From contig CAVXRD010000001.1 of the NCBI GenBank assembly GCA_963764165.1, forward strand, positions 1,152,001-1,216,000: a stretch of 64,000 nt of DNA, given 5' to 3'. Under the pieces are notes generated by a model, which made no database searches, was not told where the DNA came from, and saw nothing but the letters and a program-made list of their open reading frames with translations. The position numbers were made by a program, and so were the translations under genes. Shown here in pieces: positions 53,864-63,906 of this stretch (position 1 is its first letter; each line of letters opens with the position of its first letter). The stretch comes from an uncultured Verrucomicrobiae bacterium (lineage in GTDB: Bacteria; Verrucomicrobiota; Verrucomicrobiia; Limisphaerales; Palsa-1400).

Positions 53864-55558
53864 TCATGCGGTGGCAACAGCGGGCATTTCCGGTTTCTCG
53901 CGCAAGAGAACTCGGTGGCAATAATCGCCGAAGCGCTCGGCCCCGATGCGTTCTTTGGCAAAGCGCGAAAACCACGGGCGCAATTCGCTGGCGATGTCAT
54001 CGGATTTGACGCTCTCACGAAAGAGCTCGCACAAACGAGTGCCGACCTGCGTGCCGCCGACGTAAAGTTGATATTTTCCAGGCGCGCGGCCGACAAGCGC
54101 CAGTTCCGCGGTATACGGACGGGCGCAGCCATTCGGGCAGCCGGTCATGCGGATGATGATTTCCTCGTCGGCCAATCCCACTTCCGCCAGGACGCCTTCG
54201 ATCTTTCCCAGAACATCCGGCATGACACGCTCGGATTCGGACAGCGCGAGTCCGCACGTCGGCAGCGCCGGGCAGGCGATGGAAGCGCGGCGAACCACGC
54301 TGGCTTGATTTTCGACGGGGACGCCGTGTTCGGCCAGAACTTTGGTGATGTCGTCTTTTTGCTCGGGCGGGATGTTGATCAGCAGAATATTCTGCGACGG
54401 CGTCAGGCGCAATTCCGGACGAAATATTTCAATCACCCTTCGCAAACCCGCCTTGAGCCGGTAATTTCCCGCGTCCTTGATGCGCCCGTTCTCAACAAAA
54501 AGGCCGAGGAATAATTTTCCATCAAACTGCTCATGCCATCCGTAAAGATCGCCCTGTTTCGTGAAAGTGTAGGGTCGCGCTTCCTCAAGCTTTAAGTCGA
54601 GGCGCTGCTGCAATTCCGCGCGGAACCAATCCACGCCCTTTTCGGAAATGACGTACTTCAGCCGCGCATGTTTGCGATTGGTGCGGTCGCCAAAATCGCG
54701 ATGCACAGTCACGACTGCTTTCACTGCTTCCACCGCCTTGTCGGCAGGAACAAAACCGATGACATCGGCCAGCCGCGGGTATGTTTGGGCGTTCCCATGG
54801 CTCATGCCCATGCCGCCGCCGGCCAGCAAGTTGAATCCCGCCAACTGGCCGTTTTCAACGATCGCAATCAAACCACAATCGTTGGTGAAAACGTCAATGT
54901 CGTTCAACGGAGGGATGGCAATCGCGACCTTGAATTTTCGCGGCAAGTAGGTTTTGCCGTAAAGTGGATCGACGAAACTCTTGTCCTCGTCGGTCAATTT
55001 TAATTCCACGCCTTCGACCCAAATCTGGTGATAGGCGCGTGTCTTAGGCAGCAGGGCGTCGGAAATCGATTTGGCGTGGCGCTGGATTTGATCCACCAGC
55101 GGGCTGGTGGCCGGAGTGGGCGCCGCCATGACGTTGCGATTCACATCGCCGCACGCAGCAAGCGTGGTGGCCATGGCGTCGTTCAGTCCCTTCATGAATT
55201 TGCCCAGGTGGCCCTTGGTGACGCCGTGAAATTGAAACCCCTGCCGGGTCGTGATGCGCAGCGTGTTGTTCCCGTAAACCTCGCAAAGGTGATCGAATCC
55301 CAAATAAACCGATGGCGTAAGCGCGCCGCCGGGAAGCCGTCCCCGCACCATGAAAATGTATTCCTTGGCCACCTTGCGCTTGTCGCGATCATCCTGCTGG
55401 TAAATGCCGTGGAATTTTAGGAATTCGTAATCATCCTCGGAAAACCGGTCTTTGCCGGAATCGGCTAGCGTCTGGGCAATGGTTCCCGCCAGCAACGGAT
55501 CATTGGCCTTGAGGCCTTCGTTCCGAGTGAGTTTCGGCGGGTTTTCTGTGTTAATCAT
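53864..55558 (-). CDS. cysI: Sulfite reductase hemoprotein (siroheme/[4Fe-4S])
   Basis: KFHGIYQQDDRD, ACGDVNRN, YLPRKFK, ACPALPTCGLA, MTGCPNGCAR. Confidence 0.93.
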   Translation of the reverse strand: MINTENPPKLTRNEGLKANDPLLAGTIAQTLADSGKDRFSEDDYEFLKFHGIYQQDDRDKRKVAKEYIFMVRGRLPGGALTPSVYLGFDHLCEVYGNNTLRITTRQGFQFHGVTKGHLGKFMKGLNDAMATTLAACGDVNRNVMAAPTPATSPLVDQIQRHAKSISDALLPKTRAYHQIWVEGVELKLTDEDKSFVDPLYGKTYLPRKFKVAIAIPPLNDIDVFTNDCGLIAIVENGQLAGFNLLAGGGMGMSHGNAQTYPRLADVIGFVPADKAVEAVKAVVTVHRDFGDRTNRKHARLKYVISEKGVDWFRAELQQRLDLKLEEARPYTFTKQGDLYGWHEQFDGKLFLGLFVENGRIKDAGNYRLKAGLRRVIEIFRPELRLTPSQNILLINIPPEQKDDITKVLAEHGVPVENQASVVRRASIACPALPTCGLALSESERVMPDVLGKIEGVLAEVGLADEEIIIRMTGCPNGCARPYTAELALVGRAPGKYQLYVGGTQVGTRLCELFRESVKSDDIASELRPWFSRFAKERIGAERFGDYCHRVLLREKPEMPAVATA

Positions 55559-55586
55559 AACTTATTCGCTTATGTTACTAAGGATT

Positions 55587-55615
55587 AGTGTACAGGCAAC
55601 GGGTGGAGGTGTCAA
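55587..55615 (-). promoter_or_regulatory. Near-consensus sigma70 promoter for cysI-cysH
   Basis: Minus strand TTGACA-17 bp-TACACT, about 28 nt upstream of the ATG. Confidence 0.7.
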
Positions 55616-55657
55616 CGCGAGCGATGATTCGCTCCGAATGATCAGGTCAAGCTTGAT

Positions 55658-56251
55658 ATGGCTCGCCGTCTGGTGATCGCGATTCTATTTTGCGGCAGCA
55701 GCGTTTTGAACGTTGCTCAATTCTTGCCGAGAATCCGGAACGGACTCATTTTATTGGTGGTGGCAGTTCTTGGCGGCGTTCCGTGGCAGGGACACTCAAT
55801 GCAGGAGCCCGTTTACGAAGGAAAACCATTGAGCTATTGGCTCGAAGCCTTTGAACCTGAAGGGTTTCCAGGCCAGCCAAACTTTGTTGAAGCAGTGGAT
55901 GCGGTACGCGCCGCCGATACAAGCGCCGTACCTATCCTGCTCAGACTGCTTCGAGCCCGCGATTCCGACTGCACGCAAAAATTGACTCGATTGGCTCGAA
56001 AACAACATTTAATAAGCGTCCGATATGTAGCTGCCAAGAATCAGAATTGGGAGGCGCGGCAAGGGTTCGTGGCTTTGAATCGAGCGGCGGTTCGTTGCGC
56101 ACTTCCACGCCTCGCTGAAATCTGCCGCCAAGACATTTCGACCGGCGAAACCATCTCCACGCGACACCTGTATAGCATTGAAGTTCTGGCTCTTCTCGAA
56201 TCCCGCCAAAAAATGTGGAATGAAACGCAGTCCAAGACCCCGGCCAAATAA
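55658..56251 (+). CDS. Hypothetical membrane-anchored protein, HEAT-repeat-like, possibly truncated
   Basis: Hydrophobic segment, then EPVYEGKPLSYWL..AVPILLRLL..ALPRL. Start uncertain. Confidence 0.55.
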   Translation: MARRLVIAILFCGSSVLNVAQFLPRIRNGLILLVVAVLGGVPWQGHSMQEPVYEGKPLSYWLEAFEPEGFPGQPNFVEAVDAVRAADTSAVPILLRLLRARDSDCTQKLTRLARKQHLISVRYVAAKNQNWEARQGFVALNRAAVRCALPRLAEICRQDISTGETISTRHLYSIEVLALLESRQKMWNETQSKTPAK

Positions 56252-56291
56252 TCCCGCATCGGCGCAATGTGGACCTGCCCCAAGAATTAAG

Positions 56292-57209
56292 TCAAGGAGA
56301 GCGAACGCGGTAAAAACGGCTGGAATTATTGGTCCAAGCTGTGTCAGAGATGATGATCGAACCGTTGGTAAGCGTGCATGATTGCAGCGGAAGCCATTGT
56401 GCATTGCCCACGCTCGTGGATGCCTCAATTACGACGGGAATGTTGGAAGTTCCCACCACTTCAAACTGGAAGGCACCGCCCGACGGCCCAACGGTGACGC
56501 CAGAGGCCCTCGGCGTTGGATTCCATGCCATGGTCTTGAGGCCGTCATAGGTGTTGCTCCAGCCCGTCGTGCCGGGAATGTAATAAACAATCGCGTTCGT
56601 GACGCCCAGCAGCGGATTTGGGCTGTAGGAGGGAGCGTTTCCCGCAAAGAAAATTCCGGCGAGATTGGTGCAGTAGGCAAAAGCATTTTCTTCAAGGTTG
56701 GTCACCGTCTTGGGAATTGTGATGTTGACGAGGCTGGTGCACCAATTAAACGACTCGAATTGGATGCTGGTGACGCCGGTGGGCACTGCGATGCTCTGCA
56801 GCCTGCCGCATTCCGCGAACGCCTGCGAGGCGATGTTGGTGAGAGTGGCGGGAAGCGTGACATTTGTCAGGTTCGTGCAGTAGAGAAATGTTTCAAGCCC
56901 GATGCCGGCAACGCCGTTGGGGATGACAATGCTGGCCAGCTTGGAACAGGATTGGAATGCAGTCGGGCCGATGTTGGTAACAGTTGAGGGGATCGAAACG
57001 CCGGCCAAATTGGTGTAATCTTCAAATGCCTCATTCGCAATGCTTGTCACCGGCAGGCCATTGATTGAGCTTGGAATCGTGACGTTCGTAGGATTTCCGG
57101 AGTAGCCGGTGATCGTGATCGCGCCGTCATTTGTCGTGTATTTCAACTGCGCGTGCGCCGCCACAGCGGTCGACATCAGCCATAGCAAAACGTGCCGCAG
57201 AATTTTCAT
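56292..57209 (-). CDS. Secreted BspA-type leucine-rich repeat (LRR_5) protein
   Basis: Signal peptide; repeats IP..VT.IG..AF..C..L..; C-terminal ..RFYRVRSP domain. Confidence 0.9.
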   Translation of the reverse strand: MKILRHVLLWLMSTAVAAHAQLKYTTNDGAITITGYSGNPTNVTIPSSINGLPVTSIANEAFEDYTNLAGVSIPSTVTNIGPTAFQSCSKLASIVIPNGVAGIGLETFLYCTNLTNVTLPATLTNIASQAFAECGRLQSIAVPTGVTSIQFESFNWCTSLVNITIPKTVTNLEENAFAYCTNLAGIFFAGNAPSYSPNPLLGVTNAIVYYIPGTTGWSNTYDGLKTMAWNPTPRASGVTVGPSGGAFQFEVVGTSNIPVVIEASTSVGNAQWLPLQSCTLTNGSIIISDTAWTNNSSRFYRVRSP

Positions 57210-57344
57210 TCCCCTTCACTAATCTGCCGCGCGAAATACTCAAACGGGCATCTCAATGCACAGGGGTGTGCGTTTGGGGGAACAGCCCGCGGCTCGTTGC
57301 CATTGTATTTCCAAAATGCGCTTTTCGTTGTAACCTGAACGCGC

Positions 57345-58001
57345 GTGAAATGCATTGTCACAGCGGGGCCGACGTTTGAGGAGCTGGACGAAGTGCGGCG
57401 GCTGACCAACTTTTCCACCGGCTCGCTGGGGACTTCGCTGGCGAATTATCTTTCCGGCCACGGGCACGACACGACCCTGCTCAAGGGGCAGTCCGCCACC
57501 AGTCCAATACAGTGCAACGCGGGGCGGTTTCTGCCTTTCACCACCACGGCGGATTTGCAGCGCAAATTCCGCGGCCTCGCCACGAACGAGCGCATCGCCA
57601 TTTTTCACGCCGCGGCCGTCAGCGATTTCACCTTTGGCAAAATCTGGGAGCGCGACGCGGATGGCTCGCTCACGCAAGTTCACGGGGCAAAAATTTCCAC
57701 GCGCGGCGGCGAGCTTTTGGCGGAATTGAAGCCGACGCCGAAAATTCTGGCTCAATTGCGCGATTGGTTTCCCCATGCGCTGATTATCGGTTGGAAATAT
57801 GAATTGGAGGGCGGCAAAACGGAAGCGATCACCCGCGGAGAGCGGCAGCTAAGCGAATGCCGGTCGGATGTTTGCATCGTCAATGGGCGCGCTTACGGGG
57901 ATGGTTTTGGATGGGTCAGCAACAGCGGTCCTGTCCAGCATTTGGCGAACCAGGCTGAGCTGTTCGAGGCGCTGGAGCGGTTTATGGCGCCGTCGCGGTA
58001 G
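57345..58001 (+). CDS. coaB: Phosphopantothenate-cysteine ligase (stand-alone CoaB/DFP domain)
   Basis: IVTAGPTFEELDEVRRLTNFSTG, HAAAVSDF, L.PTPKIL, GWKYE. Confidence 0.82.
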   Translation: MKCIVTAGPTFEELDEVRRLTNFSTGSLGTSLANYLSGHGHDTTLLKGQSATSPIQCNAGRFLPFTTTADLQRKFRGLATNERIAIFHAAAVSDFTFGKIWERDADGSLTQVHGAKISTRGGELLAELKPTPKILAQLRDWFPHALIIGWKYELEGGKTEAITRGERQLSECRSDVCIVNGRAYGDGFGWVSNSGPVQHLANQAELFEALERFMAPSR

Positions 58002-58004
58002 AGA

Positions 58005-58075
58005 CACCCATTATTCCCATGCCTCCGAGGAGCATAGGACTTACAAGGCTTATCGGTCCAATAGGACGGCCTATA
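58005..58075. repeat. CCYAT/ATRGG periodic element between convergent genes, homologous to 31311-31385 in reverse
   Basis: Shares TTATTCCCAT.CCTCC and AATAGGACGGC with the reverse complement of the 31.3-kb copy. Confidence 0.6.
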
Positions 58076-58088
58076 TTTGAAGCCGCAG

Positions 58089-59816
58089 TTACAACTCCAC
58101 CGTCATGACGCGGCGCAGTCCCAATCGGTAAGGCACCCATCCCAGCAGGATCGACATCGCGGCGAATCCCATCCATGTCAACAATATCCATTGCACCGAC
58201 GTCTCGCCCTTCAACCCCCACGGCGAGCCGACAGCCAGGATCGTCACGGAGCCCACGATGTAGAGAAAGCTCAACACGAGGCAGAGCGTGCCGCCAAATC
58301 CGCTGACAATCTTCGTCGGGTTGTCCTCCCGGAAATTCGGATACAGCGCCCCAAGGCCCATCGCCAGCGCTGTCAAGGTGAAAGACATCGTGGCCACGAT
58401 GAGCCCCAGGTAAAGCGTGCGATCCATCGGCATCCTGAGCATGTGGCAGGACAGCCAGATCAACCCCAGCGTCAACACTAATGCAGCCCGGCTGGCCAGC
58501 CAGAATTTCGCCCGCAGCGCCTGCGCCAATCCCATTGGCGCCAGGCCGATGATCCAGAGCCGTTTGCCTTCGAGCGAGAATTGAGGAAAGACAAATCGCG
58601 TCGTGAGCGTGGCCAGGTTCAACGAGCACGCGCCGAGGTTCAAATAGCAGACCAGGTGAACCCAGAACGGATTGGTCAATTGCTGGGAGAAGTGCCGCAG
58701 GTTGATGATGTAGACGCCGAGCAGCCCGAACAAGACGAGCGTCTGCCCCCATTGCGTCGTGTCCCGCCAGAACATGCGCGAGTCCTTCACCAGCAGCGCG
58801 ACGACATCCGAAGAGCCCGTGTTGACGAGACGGAAAAAACGCTCGACGCTGCCAGGGCCGTAATCAAATTCCGTTTTCCGCTCCCGCATTCGCCGGAACC
58901 ACCGCCAGCGCACAAAAATGCTCTGGCGGCTTTGCACGGTGGAATAGCCATCGTAAAAGCGCTTGCCCGTTTGCGTGAAGGTGAGAAATCCGAACAGCAA
59001 CACATGGCTCAGCAGCACGAGAAGGAAAAATCCGGCGGCTTTCACCGCGCCTTCGGACCATTGCATGACGCTGGTGGAGAGCCAATAGCTTGGCAGCCAC
59101 GGCCATTCGGAAAAGTGCGTTCTCGTCAGCAATTTATCGAGCGTCGCCAGAACACGGGTGTCCGTCGAATTGTCGGTCAGGGTTTCCGGGCGAAACCAAA
59201 TGCCGAGCATCGGCAGAATGACCAAGATCGCGGCCACGGCCACCACTTGAAATGTTCGCCGGTCAAGATACCGCGCCAGGATCAGCGCAATCCAGGCCCC
59301 CGCCACGCCCGGCAGCACGATGAACAGGGCCAGCGCAAAGACCGTCATCACGTAAAAATGCCAGGGCGCATTGCGGGTCAATCCGTAGGCGGCCAGCAAT
59401 GGCGCGATCAAAAACAAAAACGCCCAAGATGCCAGCACCGATGATTCCAGGAATTTCCATCGAAAAATGGTTTGCGAGGAAATTGGCAGCGAGGTCAGAT
59501 AGCTTGTCTCGCGATTGCGGAAAAAATTGCCGTAGCCAATGACCAGATTGCTGAACACCAGCAAAATCAGCAGGAAGACAAACAGGAGATAAAACAGCCG
59601 CTCCATCAAGACTTCCCCCAGCGCCGGAAAATTATTGAGAAATTGCAAGCCGCGCCGGAACAGCAAAAACGACAGCGTCAAATACGCGACGACAAAAAGA
59701 CCAATCGAAAAAGCGAGGAAGTTGGAAGTGTTGCGGACGGTCTTGAGTTTTCGCCATGATTGAAGCGCGCTGATGCGCATCAACATGAACAGGACGGAGG
59801 CGCCGTTGTCCGGCAT
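58089..59816 (-). CDS. Putative ABC-2 type transporter permease
   Basis: Multiple TM helices; L.SLPIS, LPSYW, KDSRMFWRD, RFVFPQFSLEG..LWI. Confidence 0.8.
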   Translation of the reverse strand: MPDNGASVLFMLMRISALQSWRKLKTVRNTSNFLAFSIGLFVVAYLTLSFLLFRRGLQFLNNFPALGEVLMERLFYLLFVFLLILLVFSNLVIGYGNFFRNRETSYLTSLPISSQTIFRWKFLESSVLASWAFLFLIAPLLAAYGLTRNAPWHFYVMTVFALALFIVLPGVAGAWIALILARYLDRRTFQVVAVAAILVILPMLGIWFRPETLTDNSTDTRVLATLDKLLTRTHFSEWPWLPSYWLSTSVMQWSEGAVKAAGFFLLVLLSHVLLFGFLTFTQTGKRFYDGYSTVQSRQSIFVRWRWFRRMRERKTEFDYGPGSVERFFRLVNTGSSDVVALLVKDSRMFWRDTTQWGQTLVLFGLLGVYIINLRHFSQQLTNPFWVHLVCYLNLGACSLNLATLTTRFVFPQFSLEGKRLWIIGLAPMGLAQALRAKFWLASRAALVLTLGLIWLSCHMLRMPMDRTLYLGLIVATMSFTLTALAMGLGALYPNFREDNPTKIVSGFGGTLCLVLSFLYIVGSVTILAVGSPWGLKGETSVQWILLTWMGFAAMSILLGWVPYRLGLRRVMTVEL

Positions 59817-59819
59817 GAT

Positions 59820-60278
59820 CTACGCGGACTGAAATGCCCCGGGCGGAGGCGGTTGATTGACGGCCAGCCAGTAGAATCCCAATTGGCGGATGACCTCCTG
59901 GAATTCCTCAAAGCTGATCGGTTTCTGAATGTAGCTGTTGACGCCAAGATTGTAGCTGTCGACCATGTCCCGCTGCTGGCGCGATGAGGTCATGATGACC
60001 ACCGGCATCGCTTTGGTGCGGGGATCGCCCTTGATGTTGCGCAAGACTTCCAGGCCATCGACTTTCGGCAGCTTCAAATCGAGCAGCACCATTTTGGGCG
60101 GATTATCAAAGGAGCGCCCCGCGTACTTGCCGCGGCAAAAAAGAAAATCCAGCGCTTCCTCGCCATCGCGCAGGACGCTGATCTTGTTGGCGAGGTTGTG
60201 CTTGGAAAGCGCGTGCAGCGTCAGTTCCACGTCGTTGGCATTGTCCTCAACCAAAAGGATTTCGATGGCACCGATCAT
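59820..60278 (-). CDS. Single-domain response regulator (Rcp1-like)
   Basis: [38 protein letters not shown]. Start MIGAIE at 60278. Confidence 0.92.
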   Translation of the reverse strand: MIGAIEILLVEDNANDVELTLHALSKHNLANKISVLRDGEEALDFLFCRGKYAGRSFDNPPKMVLLDLKLPKVDGLEVLRNIKGDPRTKAMPVVIMTSSRQQRDMVDSYNLGVNSYIQKPISFEEFQEVIRQLGFYWLAVNQPPPPGAFQSA

Positions 60279-60285
60279 AATAGAC

Positions 60286-61794
60286 TCAAGTAGCTTGCAG
60301 ACCGCCAAGAGTAAAGTGAAATGTGGCGCCTTTGTCGAGTTCGGCATCCACCCAGATGCGGCCGCCTTCCAGGTCGACGATGCGTTTGACCGTCGCCAGT
60401 CCGACGCCCGTGCCTTCAAATTCATCCTCCCGATGCAGGCGCTGGAAAACGCCGAACAATTTGTCGGAATACTTCATGTTGAACCCGACCCCGTTGTCGC
60501 GCACAAAAATCGCCTGCACGCCATCCTTCGGCTCGATGCCGACTTCAATGATCGCCGGCGCGCGCGGTCGCGAATACTTGACAGCATTGGAGATCAGGTT
60601 CACGAAAATCTGCTTGATCAATCCGGGATCGCCTGTGGCCGAGGGCAGCGGGGAAATGCGCCATTCAATCTGCCGATCCGCGGTCTCCGCGCGCAGTTCG
60701 TTGCGGACTTCTTCAACCATTGTGTTGAGATCGACAGTTTCCTTCTTGACGCTGGTGCGGCCAACTTTGGAGAGGTTGAGGAGATCGTCCACCAAACGGC
60801 CCATGTTTTGCGCGCCTTTGCGGATGCGGCTCAGATAACCCTTCACGGCTGCCTCGTTCGCCTTGCCCAGCTCACTGTCGAGGATTTGGGCAAACGCATC
60901 GATATGCCGGAGGGGCGCCCGCAAATCGTGCGAGACGGAATACGTGAACGCCTCCAGCTCGCGATTGGCGCTGGCCAGTTCGCTGGTGCGCACGGAGACC
61001 CGTGTTTCAAGTTCGGCATTCAGCGCCCGCACTTCCTTGGTGGCGGCCTCCGCGGCTTGAAGGGCGGAGCGAAGCTGCGCTTCGGTTTCGCGAAGGGCGG
61101 TTTCGTTGTCTTGAATCTCCACCAGCATTTCGTTAAAGGCTTCGGTAAGCTGGCCGATTTCATCAGTGCCGGATTTTGGGACACGCGTGCTGAAATCCTT
61201 GCTGGCGGCCACGGATTTGGCGGCGGCGGCCAGGTTCAAAATGGGCCCGGATATAATGCCCTGCAGCCAATTTGAAATGACCAGCGCCAGGCCAATGGAA
61301 CTTATAAGAAGCGCCACCACCAGAACGGCATACCAGGAGAATCGTTGATAAGGCAGCGACAGATCCCACTTGAAGTAAACAATCCCAATCTGTTTGTTGC
61401 CTCGCAGAATCGGCACGAAGATATTGGCCGCGCGTCCAACAATTTTAAAGTCGTGGTCCGCCGGATGGGCCGGGAAGGCGCTGTAGGGCGCGTTGGTCGG
61501 ATAACGGACCAGCAATCCATTCGTCACGTAAATGGCAGACAGGAGGATTTGCTTTTTCGCGCTGAAATTGGCCAGGATTTCCTGCGCCGCTTTTTGGTTT
61601 CCCGCCGCCACCGCCGCTTCGCTTTCATCGGCGGCAATGACAGCGATCGATTCGGAATTTGAGCGCAGATTATGCCGCAGATTGAATATCTCGTAGGTAA
61701 TGAAGCCCGCCGCCGTCACCAAAAGCACGGCGATGCTCGTCATCATCATGACGGTGGTTAGTTTCCGTTTGATCGGCAGGTCTTGGAGCGGCAT
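60286..61794 (-). CDS. Membrane sensor histidine kinase (periplasmic sensor, HAMP, HisKA, HATPase)
   Basis: [47 protein letters not shown]. Confidence 0.95.
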   Translation of the reverse strand: MPLQDLPIKRKLTTVMMMTSIAVLLVTAAGFITYEIFNLRHNLRSNSESIAVIAADESEAAVAAGNQKAAQEILANFSAKKQILLSAIYVTNGLLVRYPTNAPYSAFPAHPADHDFKIVGRAANIFVPILRGNKQIGIVYFKWDLSLPYQRFSWYAVLVVALLISSIGLALVISNWLQGIISGPILNLAAAAKSVAASKDFSTRVPKSGTDEIGQLTEAFNEMLVEIQDNETALRETEAQLRSALQAAEAATKEVRALNAELETRVSVRTSELASANRELEAFTYSVSHDLRAPLRHIDAFAQILDSELGKANEAAVKGYLSRIRKGAQNMGRLVDDLLNLSKVGRTSVKKETVDLNTMVEEVRNELRAETADRQIEWRISPLPSATGDPGLIKQIFVNLISNAVKYSRPRAPAIIEVGIEPKDGVQAIFVRDNGVGFNMKYSDKLFGVFQRLHREDEFEGTGVGLATVKRIVDLEGGRIWVDAELDKGATFHFTLGGLQAT

Positions 61795-61894
61795 ATGTTT
61801 GGGTGCAAAAGCCGGGGGATTAAACTACACAGCGCAAAACGAGGCAAGAATTTCGTGGCCCGCAATCCGTCAAAGGCCCGGCCCAAGCGCCCGC

Positions 61895-61968
61895 CCCATA
61901 ACTCCCATGAGTCCCATTATTCCCATCTTCCAAGCCACGAATGGGACTTATGGGAAGAATGGGACAGC
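61895..61968. repeat. CCCAT/ATGGG 9-bp-period palindromic element (third copy)
   Basis: CCCATAACT CCCATGAGT CCCATTATT CCCAT ... ATGGGACTT ATGGGAAGA ATGGGAC. Confidence 0.7.
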
Positions 61969-62156
61969 TCAGGAGCCGCGAGAATTAGGCGCACTCCGTT
62001 ACTTGGCGCATAATTTGCTGACATCTTTGCAGTGGAAAAAATCATGACCGCTCTTACCAACCTATCGCGCGGCAAAAATGCCGCCGCGAACTTCCCTGCG
62101 AACACCCCCCCAATTCACTTTTACCAACGCCCGGCATGATAACTCTCGCAAATTCC

Positions 62157-63896
62157 ATGTTTGGCTTTCTAAAGAAATTCTTTCCGCAATCCGGTGGCTC
62201 CGCCACGTTGCCAGCGCCCATGGCCCTGGCAGAACAGAGCGCGCCCATTCCGATGCCGGCGCCTCCAGTTCCGCCCCCTCAAGCGAGACGCGAAAGCGCG
62301 CCGCTGACCCATGCTCCTCCGCCCGCCTTTTTATCGGCGCCGCCCGGCCCGACGGTGCCGCTGCCGCTGCACGAGATCATCGCCCGCCTGCCAAACAACT
62401 TGGCCGGACAGGTCTTAGCACGACCACAGGGGGTTTTCGCGCTGCCTTCCGATTTTGTCCTGGAACAACTACGAACAGGCGCAGTGCGGATTCCGTTTGC
62501 CCAATTGCGGCAAGGATCCCCTGCGGGAACATTCGCCAGCACCAGTGCGCTTGACGATGAAATGGTGGAAATTCCTCTCTCACTGGTGCTTCCGGCCGTT
62601 GGCCCGCACGCACTGGCCCGGCGCGGAGACCAGCGGCAGCTTGAGGTGCCTGACGATGTCACCGGCATTTTCGACACGAAGACGGCCCAAGTCGTCAAAA
62701 GAACGGAATCCCCCGCGGCTATCGCGCCAGCCATTCCTGCCGCGCCCACCGCGCCCACTGCGCCAGCCGGGAATGTCCAAATTTCACCGCCGTTTGTCTC
62801 GAAATCGGTCACAAGCGAGACAGCCGCGCCAGCGCCAATCAATCCAATCAAATTAACAACGTCTTTTGGAACCTCGCTGAACGGCGCGCCGAAACTGGCA
62901 TCCGCACCTCTGGTTTCCGCGCCCGCGTTGCCATCTGCATCCGTCAGGACGTCATCGCCCCTGCCCTTTGCGACGAAACGCCCCGTTGTCCAGCCCGACG
63001 CCGCGCCCGCGAGTGCGCCCATTCCGCTGCCCCTTAAGGCAGTGCCCGCCGCGACCGAAGATGACTTCATCACGACCACGGTGGAGGCCGTTTCAGCGGG
63101 CTGGCCGGAAGCGATTCGCCAGCAAATTGAGCAATTTGATTTGCGGCACGCGCCACTTTCCATCCCGCTCGACCGGGTTGAGCCAGGGCTAAAGTCCGGC
63201 CGCATCACGTTCGTGTGGTCGGAGGTCAGTGGATGGATAAAAGCGCCACGACCGGCGATGGGGAATGGTGAGACACCAGTGGAATTGCCGCTGCGAGTCG
63301 TGGCGCCCCTCTATTTGAAAAAACGCCCGCCCGGCCCGGCGCGCCGCACTGTGCCGACCGTGGAGCATGTGCCAGACGTTTTTGCCGCGGCGCATCGAAT
63401 GATGCCTGAGCCCCAGCCCGCTTTCGCCGCCGTGGCGCCGCCGCCCGCCGCGGCTTTGCCGACACCAAGGATCGTTCCCGACGAGGAATCGACATCCAAC
63501 ATTCTCGGTGAGATATTTAACGAGATGTCGAAGACACAATGGACGCCGCAGGAGATCGTCGAGCGCACTTGCACGCTGCATGGAATCGCAGGCGCGCTGC
63601 TGGCGGCGCGGGATGGATTGCTGGTGGCGGGGAAACTGCCCGCGCCGATGAGGCCGGAAACAATGGCGGCGTTTATTCCTCAGATGTTTGCCCGGGTCGG
63701 CGGATCGACCGAAGCCGCTCAATTGGGTGCTTTACGCGCCCTCAAAATTACAGCAGGCTCGGCTCCGTGCTCGATATTCAAAGCAGGCGCGCTTTATCTG
63801 GCTGTGCTTGGGCGCACGGGACAGCAGATTCCTGAAACCGCGCTTGAACGAATCGCCGAAGCCGCCAGCGAAATGCAAAACATTCTTCAAAACTAG
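62157..63896 (+). CDS. Pro-rich protein with a C-terminal Roadblock/LC7 (MglB-like) domain
   Basis: C-terminal GIAGALLAARDGLLVAG..ETMAAF..LYLAVLG; directly upstream of mglA. Start MFGFLKK at 62157 (or 62136). Confidence 0.8.
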   Translation: MFGFLKKFFPQSGGSATLPAPMALAEQSAPIPMPAPPVPPPQARRESAPLTHAPPPAFLSAPPGPTVPLPLHEIIARLPNNLAGQVLARPQGVFALPSDFVLEQLRTGAVRIPFAQLRQGSPAGTFASTSALDDEMVEIPLSLVLPAVGPHALARRGDQRQLEVPDDVTGIFDTKTAQVVKRTESPAAIAPAIPAAPTAPTAPAGNVQISPPFVSKSVTSETAAPAPINPIKLTTSFGTSLNGAPKLASAPLVSAPALPSASVRTSSPLPFATKRPVVQPDAAPASAPIPLPLKAVPAATEDDFITTTVEAVSAGWPEAIRQQIEQFDLRHAPLSIPLDRVEPGLKSGRITFVWSEVSGWIKAPRPAMGNGETPVELPLRVVAPLYLKKRPPGPARRTVPTVEHVPDVFAAAHRMMPEPQPAFAAVAPPPAAALPTPRIVPDEESTSNILGEIFNEMSKTQWTPQEIVERTCTLHGIAGALLAARDGLLVAGKLPAPMRPETMAAFIPQMFARVGGSTEAAQLGALRALKITAGSAPCSIFKAGALYLAVLGRTGQQIPETALERIAEAASEMQNILQN

Positions 63897-63906
63897 GCAA
63901 TTCCTT

